Shown: positions 50,696 through 64,000 of the stretch, piece after piece
Layout of the letters: each line of letters opens with the position of its first letter
Position numbering within the stretch: position 1 is the stretch's first letter
Assembly: GCF_006345805.1 (NCBI RefSeq)
Contig: NC_043018.1
Coordinates: forward strand, 18,662,001 to 18,726,000
Origin: Octopus sinensis
Taxonomy: Eukaryota
Length of the DNA stretch: 64,000 nucleotides
Reading direction: 5' to 3'
Notes under the pieces: generated by a model
What the model saw: the letters and a program-made list of their open reading frames with translations, nothing else
Databases searched by the model: none
What the model was told of the DNA's origin: nothing
Translations under genes and position numbers: made by a program

Positions 50696-50915
50696 CCCTT
50701 TAGTATTTAAACCGGCCATATCCAGCCAAAAGTATTCTACCTATTTTATGTTCAAACTGGCCAGATCCAGGCTCTCACACCTACCCTACAATGTTATTCT
50801 ACATTAAGTAATTACACCATCAAGATCTTGAAGATATGAGATAATGCATGATTAATTCAAATCAATGGGAATCAATAGGCATTATGTTTGATTGAATAAT
50901 CTGAACACTAAAGGG
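50696..50915 (+). mobile_element. piggyBac-like MITE with TTAA TSD
   Basis: TTAA|CCCTTTAG...CTAAAGGG|TTAA; internally similar to 22086-22306. Confidence 0.85.
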
Positions 50916-52007
50916 TTAAATATCTGAAGTGAAATGAAATCTTGCCCATGACAAGGTTGTAGTTTGTGTGATCAAACTTTTGATACCAAATAACAGAGAA
51001 ACACTGTTAACTTCATTTAAATGTTTATTATTTGTTTTTGGGTGGCTAACTTGTGTCTTCCATGCTGCAACTGTTATGATTTGAACACATAGTCTTAGAT
51101 CAAATCACTTGCCTGGTATTGGCCCCTCGGAGATATAAGCAACATTCAGGATTTATTTACCATTCTGAAAGCAAAACCTTCATCTGTGAAGATCTTTAGA
51201 AATTGATAGAACTAGAAATGTCTTGGAAAAAAAAATCTCCTGCAACCAATTCTAACATGCCAGGCAGCGAGAAAAACAAACAGAAATGCATACACACACA
51301 CACACACACACATACACACACATACATACACACACACACACACAATGGCTTTCACACAGTTACCAGTCACCAAAGTGTTGAATCCTAAAAAACTTTTGTT
51401 CGGCCCCACCAAGGGCTTAGCCAGAAGACACTTCCTTCACCCCCCCCCCCCCACCCCCACCCCCAATCCACCCACCACCACCCCCAAGTATAACACGGCG
51501 AGAATCGAACCTCGAACCACGCGGTTTTAGAAGTAAACTTCCCACCACCCACCACCCCACTCCCCACCCGCTCCACCCTCCCGCCACCACCACCACCACC
51601 ACCACCACCACCACCACCACCACCGCCGCCGCCGCCCTACTGGTTGGTACTTCACACGTGTTTAGCTGAGAGAAGAGATGATCTCTGATTTACAGAATTA
51701 AACCTGGTGTCAACACAAAGGTGTTCGGAGATCAGTGAGAGAAGCAGGCAGCAGCAGCAGCCACCAGGCTTGCATCAAATGTTGCATCCGCATCAAAGCA
51801 GTTGCACTTGCTTACTTTTATGTCTTCATCGTCCATCATCATCATCACTAGCATCATCATCATCATCGTCGTCACTGTTGTTGTTGTTGTTGTTGTTATT
51901 CTTTTCAGTGTGGAGTTTTCACTTTTGTTGCATTGATTTCCCTCAGGGGAGGGGGTGGGGGTGAATGAGAGAAGCGGGTGCGGAAACAACATTTGGTAGC
52001 ACATCTT

Positions 52008-52044
<37 letters not shown>

Positions 52045-52085
<41 letters not shown>

Positions 52086-52098
52086 TATATGCATATGC

Positions 52099-52142
<44 letters not shown>

Positions 52143-52205
52143 TATACAAATGCTTATCTATATATAAATATACATATAAATATATATATATACACACACA
52201 CATGC

Positions 52206-52237
<32 letters not shown>

Positions 52238-52250
52238 GTACATACACATA

Positions 52251-52292
<42 letters not shown>

Positions 52293-52354
52293 AATGTACA
52301 CATATATATATATACACGCATATATATATATATAATACATATGTACATACACAT

Positions 52355-52392
<38 letters not shown>

Positions 52393-52473
52393 ACACACAA
52401 ATGTACACATATATATAATATACACATATATATATATATAGAAACATAAATATATATATATACACACATATAC

Positions 52474-52506
<33 letters not shown>

Positions 52507-52650
52507 TAAATATATATATATATAGATATATACATACATATACATATATATACAAATATATACATATATATACATATATATATACAATATATATATATAT
52601 ATATATGTATATGTGTGTATATATATAAATATATATATTATATACAAGCA
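52045..52650. repeat. Long compound (TA)n/(CATA)n microsatellite
   Basis: Direct reading. Confidence 0.95.
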
Positions 52651-52711
52651 CGCAACGAGCTTCTCTCTCTATTTCTCTGTTCTCTGTATACATATCTCTC
52701 CTGCTTTTGCT

Positions 52712-52748
<37 letters not shown>

Positions 52749-53009
52749 TCTCTCTCTTTCTTTCATTCTCTTTCACTCTCGTGCTTGTCTCTTTCACTCT
52801 TCCTTTTTCCTTTCTAACCTCCTTCTTCTCTTCCCCCCTCCTTCTATCTGTCCATCTACTCATCTCCCCCACCCCATCCCCACCCCACCCCCCTCTCTCA
52901 TTATATTCAATGTCTGATATTTGTCGAGAAAGAAAATAAAATAAAAATAAAAATAAAACAGATTTGCAGAACAGGAAGAGAACAAAGATTTTTGACTTAA
53001 CAGCATTGC

Positions 53010-53385
53010 GTGCGTGTATGTATGCGTGTATGTGTGTATGTATGTGTGTGTTATGTGTGTGTATGTGTGTGTGTATGTGTGTGTGTGTGCGTGTATGTGT
53101 GTGTGTGTATGTGTGTATGTGTGTGTGTATGTGTGTGTGTGTGTATGTGTGTGTGTATGTGTGTGTGTATGTGTGTGTATGTGTGTGCGTGTATGTGTGT
53201 GTGTATGTGTGTGTATGTGTGTGTGTATGTGTGCGTGTATGTGTGTGTGTATGTGTGTATGTGTGCGTGTATGTGTGTGTGTATGTGTGTGTATGTGTGT
53301 GTGTATGTGTGTGTGTATTTGTGTATGTGTGTGTGTATGTGTGCGTGTATGTGTGTGTATATGTGTGTATGTGTATGCATGTGTG
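53010..53385. repeat. Compound (TG)n/(TATGTG)n microsatellite
   Basis: Direct reading. Confidence 0.95.
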
Positions 53386-53629
53386 AGAAAGAGAATATAT
53401 ATGTGTGACTCTGTGTGTGTATATGTGAATGCATTGTCACAAAGCTACCTTGTTGTATCTGCGCTTATACGCGTGCACCTATGCATGTGAATGTTGCAGC
53501 CGGAAATGTCACCAAATTGGTACGAGTTTCGTTTCTTTTGTACACGTAATGAAAATCAATAGGCACGTGCACAATTGCACAACATATTGCGGTGTATGGT
53601 GCAGTGTGGCATAATGTGGTGCAAGATAA

Positions 53630-54254
53630 TGACGCACTGAAAGTGACCCCACCCTAGTGTACCCTGAATGACTGCACTCCCAACACACACTGCAATGCAT
53701 TACAAGTCTTTACACCATTTGTTATTTGCACCTTGTGACCATCATCGAGGTCTGTCTGTCTGTTTGTCCCTCTATTCTTTCTCCTCTTGCACTATACTGC
53801 AATACAGTGCAACACACCAATTTCAAATTTTGGCACAATGCCTGCAGTTTCAAGGGAGTTGGGTAAGTGTGACCTCTGCGGAATTTGAACTCACAACGTA
53901 ACGGCAGACAAAATACCGCTAAGCACCTCGCCCGGTGTGCTAACGTTTCTGCCAGCTCGCCGCCTTATATATGGGGTCAATAGATACCAGTTGTACACTG
54001 GGGTCGATATGACAGACTTACCCAACTCCCTTGAAATTGCAGGCACTGTGCCAAAATTTGAAATTGGTGTGTTGCACTGTATTGCAGTATAGTGCAAGAG
54101 GAGAAAGAATAGAGGGACAAACAGACAGACAGACCTCGATGATGGTCACAAGGTGCAAATAACAAATGGTGTAAAGACTTGTAATGCATTGCAGTGTGTG
54201 TTGGGGGTGCAGTCATCCAGGGTATACTAGGGTGGGGTCACTTTTGGTGTGTCA
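53630..54254. repeat. Long inverted repeat: 239-bp arms with a 147-bp spacer
   Basis: 53630-53868 is the reverse complement of 54016-54254 with 8 substitutions by my count and no indels. Confidence 0.95.
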
Positions 54255-54827
54255 GTTTTCAGTTACCTTACATGTTTTGTGATGTGGTCATGTTTGGAGT
54301 GTTACAGTATATATATATCATAGTACCTTGTTGTTGTTGTTTAGCCACAGGTCAGCTCTGATGAGGAGACTAATGATCAAAAGCATCCCTACCATGACCA
54401 TCCTGTCTGCTTTCTTATGTACAGGCAGTGTAAAACTCCATCACCCTATGTCTTTATGAAGACAACACACCATGATTTGACGGGGATTTGACTGTTGCTT
54501 CTAGATGTTCGAGTATTGGTTGTAGTATGGCATGGTGTGTTGGTGATATGTTACAGTGTGTTGGCTGTAGCGTAGGTATATTGTAGTGTGGTGATTTGAT
54601 TGTAGCGCATTGTGGTATTCTATGCGAGAAGGGAAGAAAGTAACAGCATTCAAAAAAATGATGAATGGTGAACAATGAATGACAACAATGGTGGATAAAT
54701 GATGGACAAAAAGCCCGCTCAAGGGTGTGTGGTGATTATCAAAACAATTAAATAATGAGGTTTCGAGAATCTCACCTGGCAAAGGCTCAAATAAATTACC
54801 TGCTGTGAGCAAAGGACATATGATAAT

Positions 54828-55162
54828 AACAATGGATACCTGAGAAATGAGATTGCCAAGATGTGGCAGCTGCGAGAGTTGAACATAAAAGGTTATCCCT
54901 ATTGTCATCGGAGCATTGGGTTCAATACCTCCCAAGCTGAAGAAACTTCTGGAAACTTTAGGAATATCCTACAATATTGGTGTAATGCAAAATTCGGCAT
55001 TGCTTGGAACTGCACGCATATTGCGTAAAGTACTGTCTGTCTGAGGTCCTTGTTGTGACTTGACAAACAGTACAAACCCCCGATAGACACAATATCTTCA
55101 ATCAACAACCTCATGATATTGTATACTGTGTGACATCTATAATAAAATAATAATAATAATAA
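54828..55162 (+). mobile_element. R4/Dong-clade retrotransposon 3' end
   Basis: YLRNEIAKMWQLR / VIPIVIGALGSIPPKLKKLLETLGISYNIGVMQNSALLGTARILRKVLSV* (stop at 55044), then a short 3' UTR and a (TAA)n tail. Confidence 0.85.
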
Positions 55163-55229
55163 TCTGCTGGCTATGGACAGCTGACACTTTGAATCATACC
55201 CAGCAAAATAACAACAACAAACAATAATA

Positions 55230-56052
55230 ATAATAAATGCCCTGATGCTGTACCAGGCAGTGGCTCTCATGGCTTCTGATCTTCACTGATTGGCAGTGTT
55301 ATCATGTACATTGTTTTGTCGTGGTATAAAAGATGGTCGACAGCAAATATTGTGCTCAGTACCACAGATTTGACCTTAACCAGTTGAGCATGTCCCTTAG
55401 TGGCTGACAAAATGTGCATCTCTGATTATGAGCAGAAGTAGTAGGGGAGCATCATAGCCATGCATCAAGAGGAATTCTTTGAGGTTTGAATAATTCACAT
55501 TTGGAAACATAGGTGTTTTATTCATCATCTTTAAACAACCCTTATTCAGGGACCTTTTGAGCAGGATGGGCTACTCGACCTGAAAAAATTCTAACTGGGC
55601 CCCACCTGAAAGGTCATGTGCTGTTTATCTTGATATGAGATTGTCACATCGTTCATGTATATATTTCTTTACTGCCCACAAGGGGCTAAACATAGAGGGG
55701 ACAAACAAGGACAGACAAAGGGATTAAGTCGATTACATCGACCCCAGTGCGTAACTGGTACTTTATTTATCGACCCCGAAAGGATGAAAGGCAAAGTCGA
55801 CCTCGGTGGAATTTGAACTCAGAGCGTACCGGCAGACGAAATACGGCTACGCATTTCGCCCGGCGTGCTAACGTTTCTGCCAGCTCACCGCCTTCATCGG
55901 GTCATGTATGGTTGTGATGCATGTGCCTGGTGTACCCTTATCAGATGGGTAGTCATGATGGGTAGATTAGGCTTGTATATTTGTACCCCAGTGTCACTTT
56001 GATGGCGTGTGCTGCTCTCTCATTCAATAATAATAATAATAATAATAATAAT
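55230..56052 (+). mobile_element. Non-coding element between (TAA)n tracts, containing a SINE insertion
   Basis: Begins after aataataataataa and ends ctctctcattcaataataataat. Interrupted by the SINE at 55660-55894. Confidence 0.5.
55660..55894 (-). mobile_element. Full-length SINE family A
   Basis: Complete reverse-complement copy, flanked by the imperfect direct repeat catcgttcatgtat / catcgggtcatgtat. Confidence 0.88.
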
Positions 56053-56673
56053 GGTGATGGTGGCGATGATGATGATGTGAATCATACTAATGAGTGACTG
56101 TGAGCCTGAGGGCTGGGATGAGAGAGAGAGAGAGCGAGAGAGGTGATTAAGGCCAGGTATGATCTGATGATCAAGAAAGATTCTTCTAAATTTTGCTGAG
56201 GCCAGCAGCAAGGTACTGACAGAATAAAGATGGTGGAAACTAATTGGCTGAGAATAATAAGAAGAGAATGGATGAAGAGGGGGGGGGCAAAGGTGAGGGG
56301 TGAGGAAGGAGGTGGGGGAGGGCGGTTAGGTTAGCAGAAAGTTAGAGGAGGGTTGGAGAGAGAGAGAGAGAAAGGGGGAGCAAGAGAGGTGTAATGAATG
56401 AAAAGGTAGAACAGTAGAAAGGTGGGACGAGAGAGAGGGAGAGAGAGGGAGGGAGATGGATGGGTGGGAGGGATGGATGCGAAGGTGAACCAACAAATAG
56501 GTAGGGAAAGTAGCTGGAAGGTAAATACATGAGTAATGTCGTTGTTGTTGTTGTTGTTGTTGCTGTGGCTGTTGTTTAATCTAAGGCAGGCACTGATCCA
56601 GCAGACCGATGATCAAAGGTGCTGCCGAATATGACCAACCTGTCCTTTCGTTTATTCTTTTGTTTCTTTCTTT

Positions 56674-56676
<3 letters not shown>

Positions 56677-56718
<42 letters not shown>

Positions 56719-57684
56719 CCAGTGTATCTTGGACTACATCAATAAACAGCTCTCTTTTTCATTTCGTTTCTTTCTTTCTTTATGTTAAGATGTGGAAAAA
56801 AAAAAACCCCAAAAAAAAAAAAACCAAAAGATGCCTGCTATTTCTAGCATCTCAACTGACCTAGTTGAGACTTCCTTGTTGAACAGGGTGGTGGTGGTGG
56901 TGGTGGTGGAGTTAGCGTCTGTTTCTTTTGAGAGAGGGTGGAGGGAGAGAAGGGGGAGGGGGAGAAAGAAGGAGAATAAAAGGTGAAAGAACGCCACCTC
57001 CCCCCCCCCATCACACCCACCACCACCACCACAACCAATAAAAAAAAATAAATAAAACAAAAAGCAACGCTTAATCTCTAAGCAATGATAAGCAAAGCAG
57101 AAATACGCATACATGCGTGTGCCACACACACACACACATTTGCATGTATGTGCATATTTCTTGTCTGTGTGTGTGTGTGGTGTGTGTACCCAGTGTATCT
57201 TGGACTACATCAATAAAAACAGCTCTCTTTTTCATTTCGTTTCTTTCTTTCTTTATGTTAAGATGTGGAAAAAAAAAAACCCCAAAAAAAAAACAAACCA
57301 AAAGATGCCTGCTATTTCTAGCATCTCAACTGACCTAGTTGAGGACTTCCTTGTTGAATAGGGTGGTGGTGGTGGTGGTGGTGGGGGTGGTGGGGTGGAG
57401 TTAGCATCTGTTTCTTTTGAGAGAGGGTGGAGGGAGAGAAGGGGGAGGGAGAAAGAAGGAGAATAAAAGTGAAAAAAGAACGCCACCTCCACCCCCCCAT
57501 CACACCCACCACCACCACCACAACCAATAAAAAAAAATTAAAGTAAAACAAAAAGCAACGCTTAATCTCTAAGCAATGATAAGCAAAGCAGGAAAAATAA
57601 CGCATACATGCGTGTGCACACACACACACACACATTGCATGTATGTGCATATTTCTTTGTCTGTGTGTGTGTGTGTGTGTGTGT
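56677..57684. repeat. ~470-500-bp tandem duplication bounded by (TG)n
   Basis: tacccagtgtatcttggactacatcaataaa at 56716 and 57187. The copies differ mostly by small indels. Confidence 0.88.
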
Positions 57685-57717
57685 AATTTAAAGTGCAAGA
57701 TAAGAAAGACTACAGCA

Positions 57718-57721
57718 TCAT

Positions 57722-57769
<48 letters not shown>

Positions 57770-57805
57770 GTCATCATCATCATCCTCATCACCATCACCA
57801 TCATC

Positions 57806-57879
<74 letters not shown>

Positions 57880-58004
57880 CATCACCATCATCATCATCAT
57901 CATCCTCATCACCATCATCACCATCACCATCATCATCATCATCCATCATCATCATCATCATCATCTTCATCATCATCATCATCCTCATCACCATCACCAT
58001 CATC

Positions 58005-58035
<31 letters not shown>

Positions 58036-58512
58036 CCATCATCATCATCACCATCATCACCATCATCATCATCATCGTCATCATCATCATCATCATCCTC
58101 ATCACCATCATCACCATCATCATCATCATCATCCTCATCACCATCATCACCATCACCATCATCATCATCATCATCATCATCATCACCATCATCATCCTCA
58201 TCACCATCACCATCATCTCATCATCATCATTCATCATCATCATCATCACCATCATCATCATCACCATCATCACCATCATCTCATCATCGTATTCATCATC
58301 ATCATCATCCTCATCACCATCATCATCATCATCATCCTCATCACCATCATCACCATCATCATCATCATCATCATAATCATCCTCATCATCATCATCATCG
58401 TCATCATCATCCATCACCATCAAAATCATCACCATCATCATCATCATCATCATCATCAATCATCGTCATCATCATCACCACCATCATCATCATCTCATCA
58501 TCATCATTCATC

Positions 58513-58608
<96 letters not shown>

Positions 58609-58689
58609 GTCATCATCATCATCACCACCATCATCATCATCTTCATCATCATCATCATCATCATCACCATCATCACCATCATCATCATC

Positions 58690-58734
<45 letters not shown>

Positions 58735-58985
58735 GTCATTATCATCATCACCACCATCATCATCATCATCTTCATCATCATCATCATCATCATCACCATC
58801 ATCACCATCATCACCATCATCATCACCATCATCATCATCATCATCATCATCATCGCCATCATCATCATCATCACCAACAGCATCATAGGAATTATTGTCG
58901 TCACTTCCGCCAACATTATCAGTAACATCCATATATGGCATCATCATCATCATCATCATCATCGTCGTCATCATCATCGCCATCA
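57718..58985. repeat. ~1.26-kb imperfect (CAT)n microsatellite
   Basis: Direct reading; CAC/CCT/CTT/CGT variants and frame-shifting indels. Confidence 0.97.
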
Positions 58986-60106
58986 TCTCTTCATGCCATT
59001 ACAGATATATGTAGACCAAGAAAAGCTGTTATTAGTCGGTGGGTGGGTGGTCGTGGGGGGGGGTAGGGAGGGGGGAATCTACCTTTACACCTCCTTCAAA
59101 AGTGTCCAAACATCGACCGACACCCACCGTCCCCCACCCTCCTCATAAAAAAAATCATGTCACCACCACCACAATCACCATCAATATCACCACTATGAGC
59201 ACCACCATCATCATCATCGCAACCATCATCGTTTCATTCCCAATACCACCAGCACCACCACCACCACTACTACTACTACTACTACCACCACCACAACCAC
59301 TACACCCATGTTGTTTCTATGGCAACTACTGCAAATTTGTGGACAAACCAAACTGGAAGTTCTTTATGTTGTAGCTCAACCCATTTGAAATAGCAGCCAA
59401 ATCTCTCAAATCACTCCTAACATCATTAGCTAAGGGAAGGCCACACATGATAGTGTGGCCTTCAATAGACAGGATGGTCATAAGTGGAAAGTCCTGAAGT
59501 GTCAGAATGGTAGAGCCATAAGACAATTGAACGAAATACTTTGTAGTGTTTCTTCTGGTGCCTTGTATTCTGAGTTCAAATTCAATCAAGATCAGCTTTG
59601 CTTTTTACCCTCTGGGGGGTCAATGAATAAAGCAATTGTCTGTAACATCAAGTCACTCCATATCTTGTTAGCGAAACTGGGTAGAGGGGAAACTGTCCAG
59701 AAGCCTACCAGGTGGGTTTTGCATGTAAGTCGAAAGATACACCCTTGTCACACACACACACACACACACTGGGTCATGTGATATTGTTTCTGTTTGAGAG
59801 TTACATTAAAAGTACACGTCTGTGGATGACTCACTCAATTTCACTGTTAATCCAAGGGGCAGGTAATTGAGTCGAGTTCAAATAACTGAATCATCACCAT
59901 TGAAATCTACAGAGATCCTTCCATCCACCCCCTCCCCTCTCAACCTCCTCCTCCTCCATCCATTTCTAACTGACAGAGGAATTGATGCCTGTTTGAATCG
60001 ATGTCATTGATCGATCACATATAAAATCAATACAATGAACGTCAAACCAGTTAAATGCTACTCCAGCCATTGGTGGACTCCAACAATCACATCAACTGCT
60101 CTGTAC

Positions 60107-60506
60107 TTTTTTACTCTTTTACTTGTTTCAGTCATATGACTGTGGCTATGCTGGAGCACCGCCTTTAATCGAGCAACTCGACCCCGGGACTTATTCTTTT
60201 GTAAGCCCAGAACTTATTCTATCGGTCTCTTTTGCCGAACCGCTAAGTAACGGGGACATAAACACTCCAGCATCGGTTGTCAAGCAATGCTAGGGGGACA
60301 AACACAGACACACACATACACATATATATATATATACATATATACGACGGGCTTCTTTTCAGTTTCCGTCTACCAAATCCACTCACAAAACTTTGGTCAG
60401 CCCAAGGCTATAGTAGAAGACACTTGCCCAAGGTGCCACGCAGTGGGACTGAACCCTGAACCATGTGGTTGGCAAACAAGCTACTTACCACACAGCCACT
60501 CCTGCT
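60107..60506 (-). mobile_element. SINE family B
   Basis: Same layout as 23901-24323. Confidence 0.85.
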
Positions 60507-62174
60507 CTCCACCTTCTTTATTTGGGGGGGGGGGCGAGTTGGGCTTTTTTTTTGTTTTACATATGCAGGCATGGTTTTGTGGTAGGAGGTTGGCTTCCCA
60601 ACTACATGGTTTCAGGTTCAGTCCCTCTACGTAGCACCTTCGGCAAGTTGTCATCTACAATAGTCCCAAAAGCAACTAAAGCCTTGTGAGTGGATTTAGC
60701 CAACAGAAACTGAAAGAAGCTCATATGTATATATATATGTATGTGTGTGTAATTGTGTGTAATTGTGTGTATGTATGTGCGTGCATGAGGTACTATCCCC
60801 TAACCTTGACATTGCACAATGGATGTAAGCAAGTGCCACTGTCATACAAGCAGGGTTTGTTTCCAATATTTTGTGGCAACATCTCTGATCACAAAGCAAC
60901 AGGTGAGGATTGGCACCAAAAAGGGGAGCTGGCCATAGAAAATCCACCTCAACAAACCCAGTCCAACCATTGTGAGTATGGACAAGTAAATGTTAAAATG
61001 AAGTGGGTCAGTGCCTTTGGTCCTTTACAAGGTCTCTGAGAGTGGTGGGTAAGGAGAATTTATCCCTTACATTAAGAACCTGTCCTGAATGTTTGCAACA
61101 GAGCAACACTTATTGAAGACACCCAAAGGCCACACAGAGGGGTGTTAAACTGGGTGAAGGATACAGTCTACCCCAGCCTGCCTTATTTTATTTCACATAC
61201 TCCGACATTACCACCATCCATCCAATTCCTCTAGAAGACCCTGGTCAGTTCTTCAGCTCTGAGTCAAAACAAGGTTTTTGGTCTTAAAAGTCCAGAACAG
61301 TAACTAATTATTATATATTCTTCATTGCAAACAAGTGCCACCACACCATCACCATCACCTTCACCACCACAACAACCACCATCACCACTACTACCATCAC
61401 CACTATAACCACCACCATCCTTGTTATACCTCATCACCATCCCCACCACTCACTTCACCACCACCACCACCACCGTTACTACTACCGCCAATACCATCAC
61501 AATGGTATGTTCAAAAGAATTCAAAAGCCCAAGTCATTCATTGAAGTTTGCCATGAAGAAACAGATGTTGCACGGAGGATGGAGGGAAGCGAGAACGGTT
61601 GATGGGGGTGAAATGGAAGCAGGTGACAGAATTAAATTAAAGATAGTGATGGTGATGGTGAAGATGATGGTGGAGGTGGTCATGGTGGTGGTGACTGTCA
61701 TTTGTCCTAAACAATAATGAAAAATGAAAAAAATGCAAACAACAACAATAATAATAATAATAATAATAATAAATGGAACTAAACAGTAAAAGCAATGATG
61801 GGGAAAATAACTTGAATCATTCAGATGGAAAATATTTATATTGATTAAAGAAATAATCAGAGACATTGTTGTGAGAAAGAGAGAGAGAGAGAGAGAAGGA
61901 GAGGAAAGAGAGAGATAGATCTATATAATTAGGCCTACACTTAATTATAATCATTGAAATTGATAATCTACATTGAAACAAACCACTTCAAATTCTCAGT
62001 GGTCATTTTCAGGAATTCTGTAGCAGACTCAGTCAAGGTTTGGTAATACCATAATGTTTGACGCCAAAACATTTAAAATTAAGATCACGCTCCAAAAATT
62101 AAGTTGATGATAATTAATGGCTAAATTTATGGTCGACAAAATCCTGAATTAGAGGTCATCAGCTGAAGTTCATG

Positions 62175-62500
62175 TGACCCCAGAGGGTCCATATAAGATT
62201 TTTGGGGCCAAATGTGATGAAATAGTAAATTGGGGATCCACAATAGTATTTTAAGAGCCCCTGAAAAAATTTTAGTTTAAATGTGTGAATTGGTATTCAT
62301 GGCAAGAAACGGCAAGGTTCCTTTCTCTAACATTTTACATAGTTCAACCTACACAAGTTAATGTGTGGAAAACGAAAGAGGAATTTTGAAAGAAGTTTCT
62401 ATAAAACTAGATTTTAAACATTGAATGGCTACAAGAGTAGACCTGAATAAAATAGTAATCAAAGGGGTCCATAGATAAGAAATGGTTGAGAATCCCTGTT
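62175..62500 (+). mobile_element. hAT-like MITE family D
   Basis: gggtccatataagatttttgggg...aaaggggtccatagataagaaatggttgagaatccctg. Confidence 0.5.
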
Positions 62501-63578
62501 CTAAATGAAGACCAACAAATGCTAGATTCAGTGTTGTTATCATTATTGTCATCGTGGCTTTAATGTCCACTTTTCCATGCTTGAGTGGATCAGATGGAAT
62601 TCATTCAGGCAGATTTTCTACAGCTGGAAGCTTTTCCTGTCACCGACTCTAACTCGTTTCCAAGCAAGTTAACATTTCTTCATTCCCAGAAATGTTTTTG
62701 CAGAATACTGGAAATGAATAACACTGCTTGGATGACACTGACACTCGTTTACAACTATCGAGCAACATCGAGACAAGGAAATAAACACACACACACACAC
62801 ACACATATGTTGGCCTTCTTTCAGTTTCTGTCAATGAAATCCACTCAGAAGAATTTTGTCAGCTTATGGTTATAGAAGAAGAAACTTGCTCAAGGTTCCA
62901 CACAGTGGAACCAAACCTGAAACTACGATTGGGAAGCAAACTTCTAAACCACACAGCCATGCCAGCCAATAAATACAAAACCATTCAGGGCCCTAAAGTA
63001 ACAACTACCATCCTCAGAGCTTTGATTTAAGACGAACCAAAGTATGATGGAGTGATCAGACTGAAATATGGCAATATATTCAATAAGCTTTTTTCTAAAC
63101 AATCCATCCATTAATTATTTTGACACAATTAGAAATACAACAGAACAACATATTTCATATGATATAATCCAGTCTTCATTTTAAATGCATATACACACAG
63201 ATAACCAAGGACTTGTTAAATTTAGTATTTTTTTTATTTTCTATTGAATTATAGACATAAGAAGATTTTAATAGAAATTCAGTAAATGTGAGCTAGTAAG
63301 GCCATATTCCCTGCTGAACTATGTGTTTGTCTTGTGGGCTCCATAACAGTCTTCATTTTGGCTGTTTCACTACATACCTCCTTACCTTGTGTTCATTCCT
63401 CTTCCATCACCCTTCACCAGGACTTTCTCACTCTTCTTTCTTGTACTTCATATCCATCCATTCTTTCATCCAGCTATCTTTCTCCAACACATGACCCAAT
63501 CATTTCATCCCCTTTTTCTTTCAAACAATCTACCACAGATTTTATTCCTACCATTCTCAATAACTCAGTGTTTGGCTA

Positions 63579-63579
<1 letters not shown>

Positions 63580-63660
<81 letters not shown>

Positions 63661-63681
63661 GGAGTGTATGTGTGTGTGTGA

Positions 63682-63718
<37 letters not shown>

Positions 63719-63720
63719 GA
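63580..63720. repeat. (CT)n, then (TG)n and (AG)n microsatellites
   Basis: Direct reading. Confidence 0.95.
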
Positions 63721-64000
63721 CAAGAAAGGTGAAATTGGAGATGAAGACACGGTAGTACAATAATAAACCATTTCACTGACAGACATGTGGGAATTAGCTC
63801 CACTGGCACAGACATGTAGTGTGAATAGACAAATTCAGTCTCAAACATGGAAAACCAATGATAACAGTGATGATGTAACAAGTCGTTAACCCAAAGTTTG
63901 CCCTCATCAAACAGACTTATAATCAACAGTAGGCAAGTGTTAACCCTCCCACCTTTTTTCAGAAATAACAAACACCAGACAACAATATCCAGAGTGTTGT

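Noticed and set aside
51978-53490. YI- and CV-repeat ORFs
   Set aside because: (TA)n and (TG)n translations.
57643-59148. 501-aa His/Ser/Ile ORF, the longest in the track
   Set aside because: (CAT)n translation that switches residue runs at indels; not a protein.

Overview
This is repeat-saturated, AT-rich animal genomic DNA. The SINE, MITE and microsatellite content points to an octopus (coleoid cephalopod) assembly, which is an inference from repeat recognition rather than a search. The only confidently coding sequence is two minus-strand exons of the Sac-domain phosphoinositide phosphatase INPP5F/Sac2 (35659-35851 and 604-681). They splice in phase across a 34,977-bp intron, and I found no upstream exon in the remaining ~28 kb. 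The rest is tRNA-head SINEs, decayed LINEs (CR1, RTE, R4/Dong), DNA-transposon relics (mariner, Tigger, piggyBac-like and hAT-like MITEs), Penelope-like relics, long microsatellites, local tandem duplications and a 100-N gap. Apart from the INPP5F exon and TE remnants, the long ORFs in the track are microsatellite or repeat translations. I found no convincing new multi-gene system. The best leads are: a well-signalled antisense exon inside the INPP5F intron; two long fold-back elements; a templated inverted insertion with a perfect 44-bp palindrome inside a SINE; a 187-bp higher-order repeat growing inside a retroposon; a 9-mer homeodomain-site-like array beside an exon; and degenerate hammerhead-ribozyme layouts.
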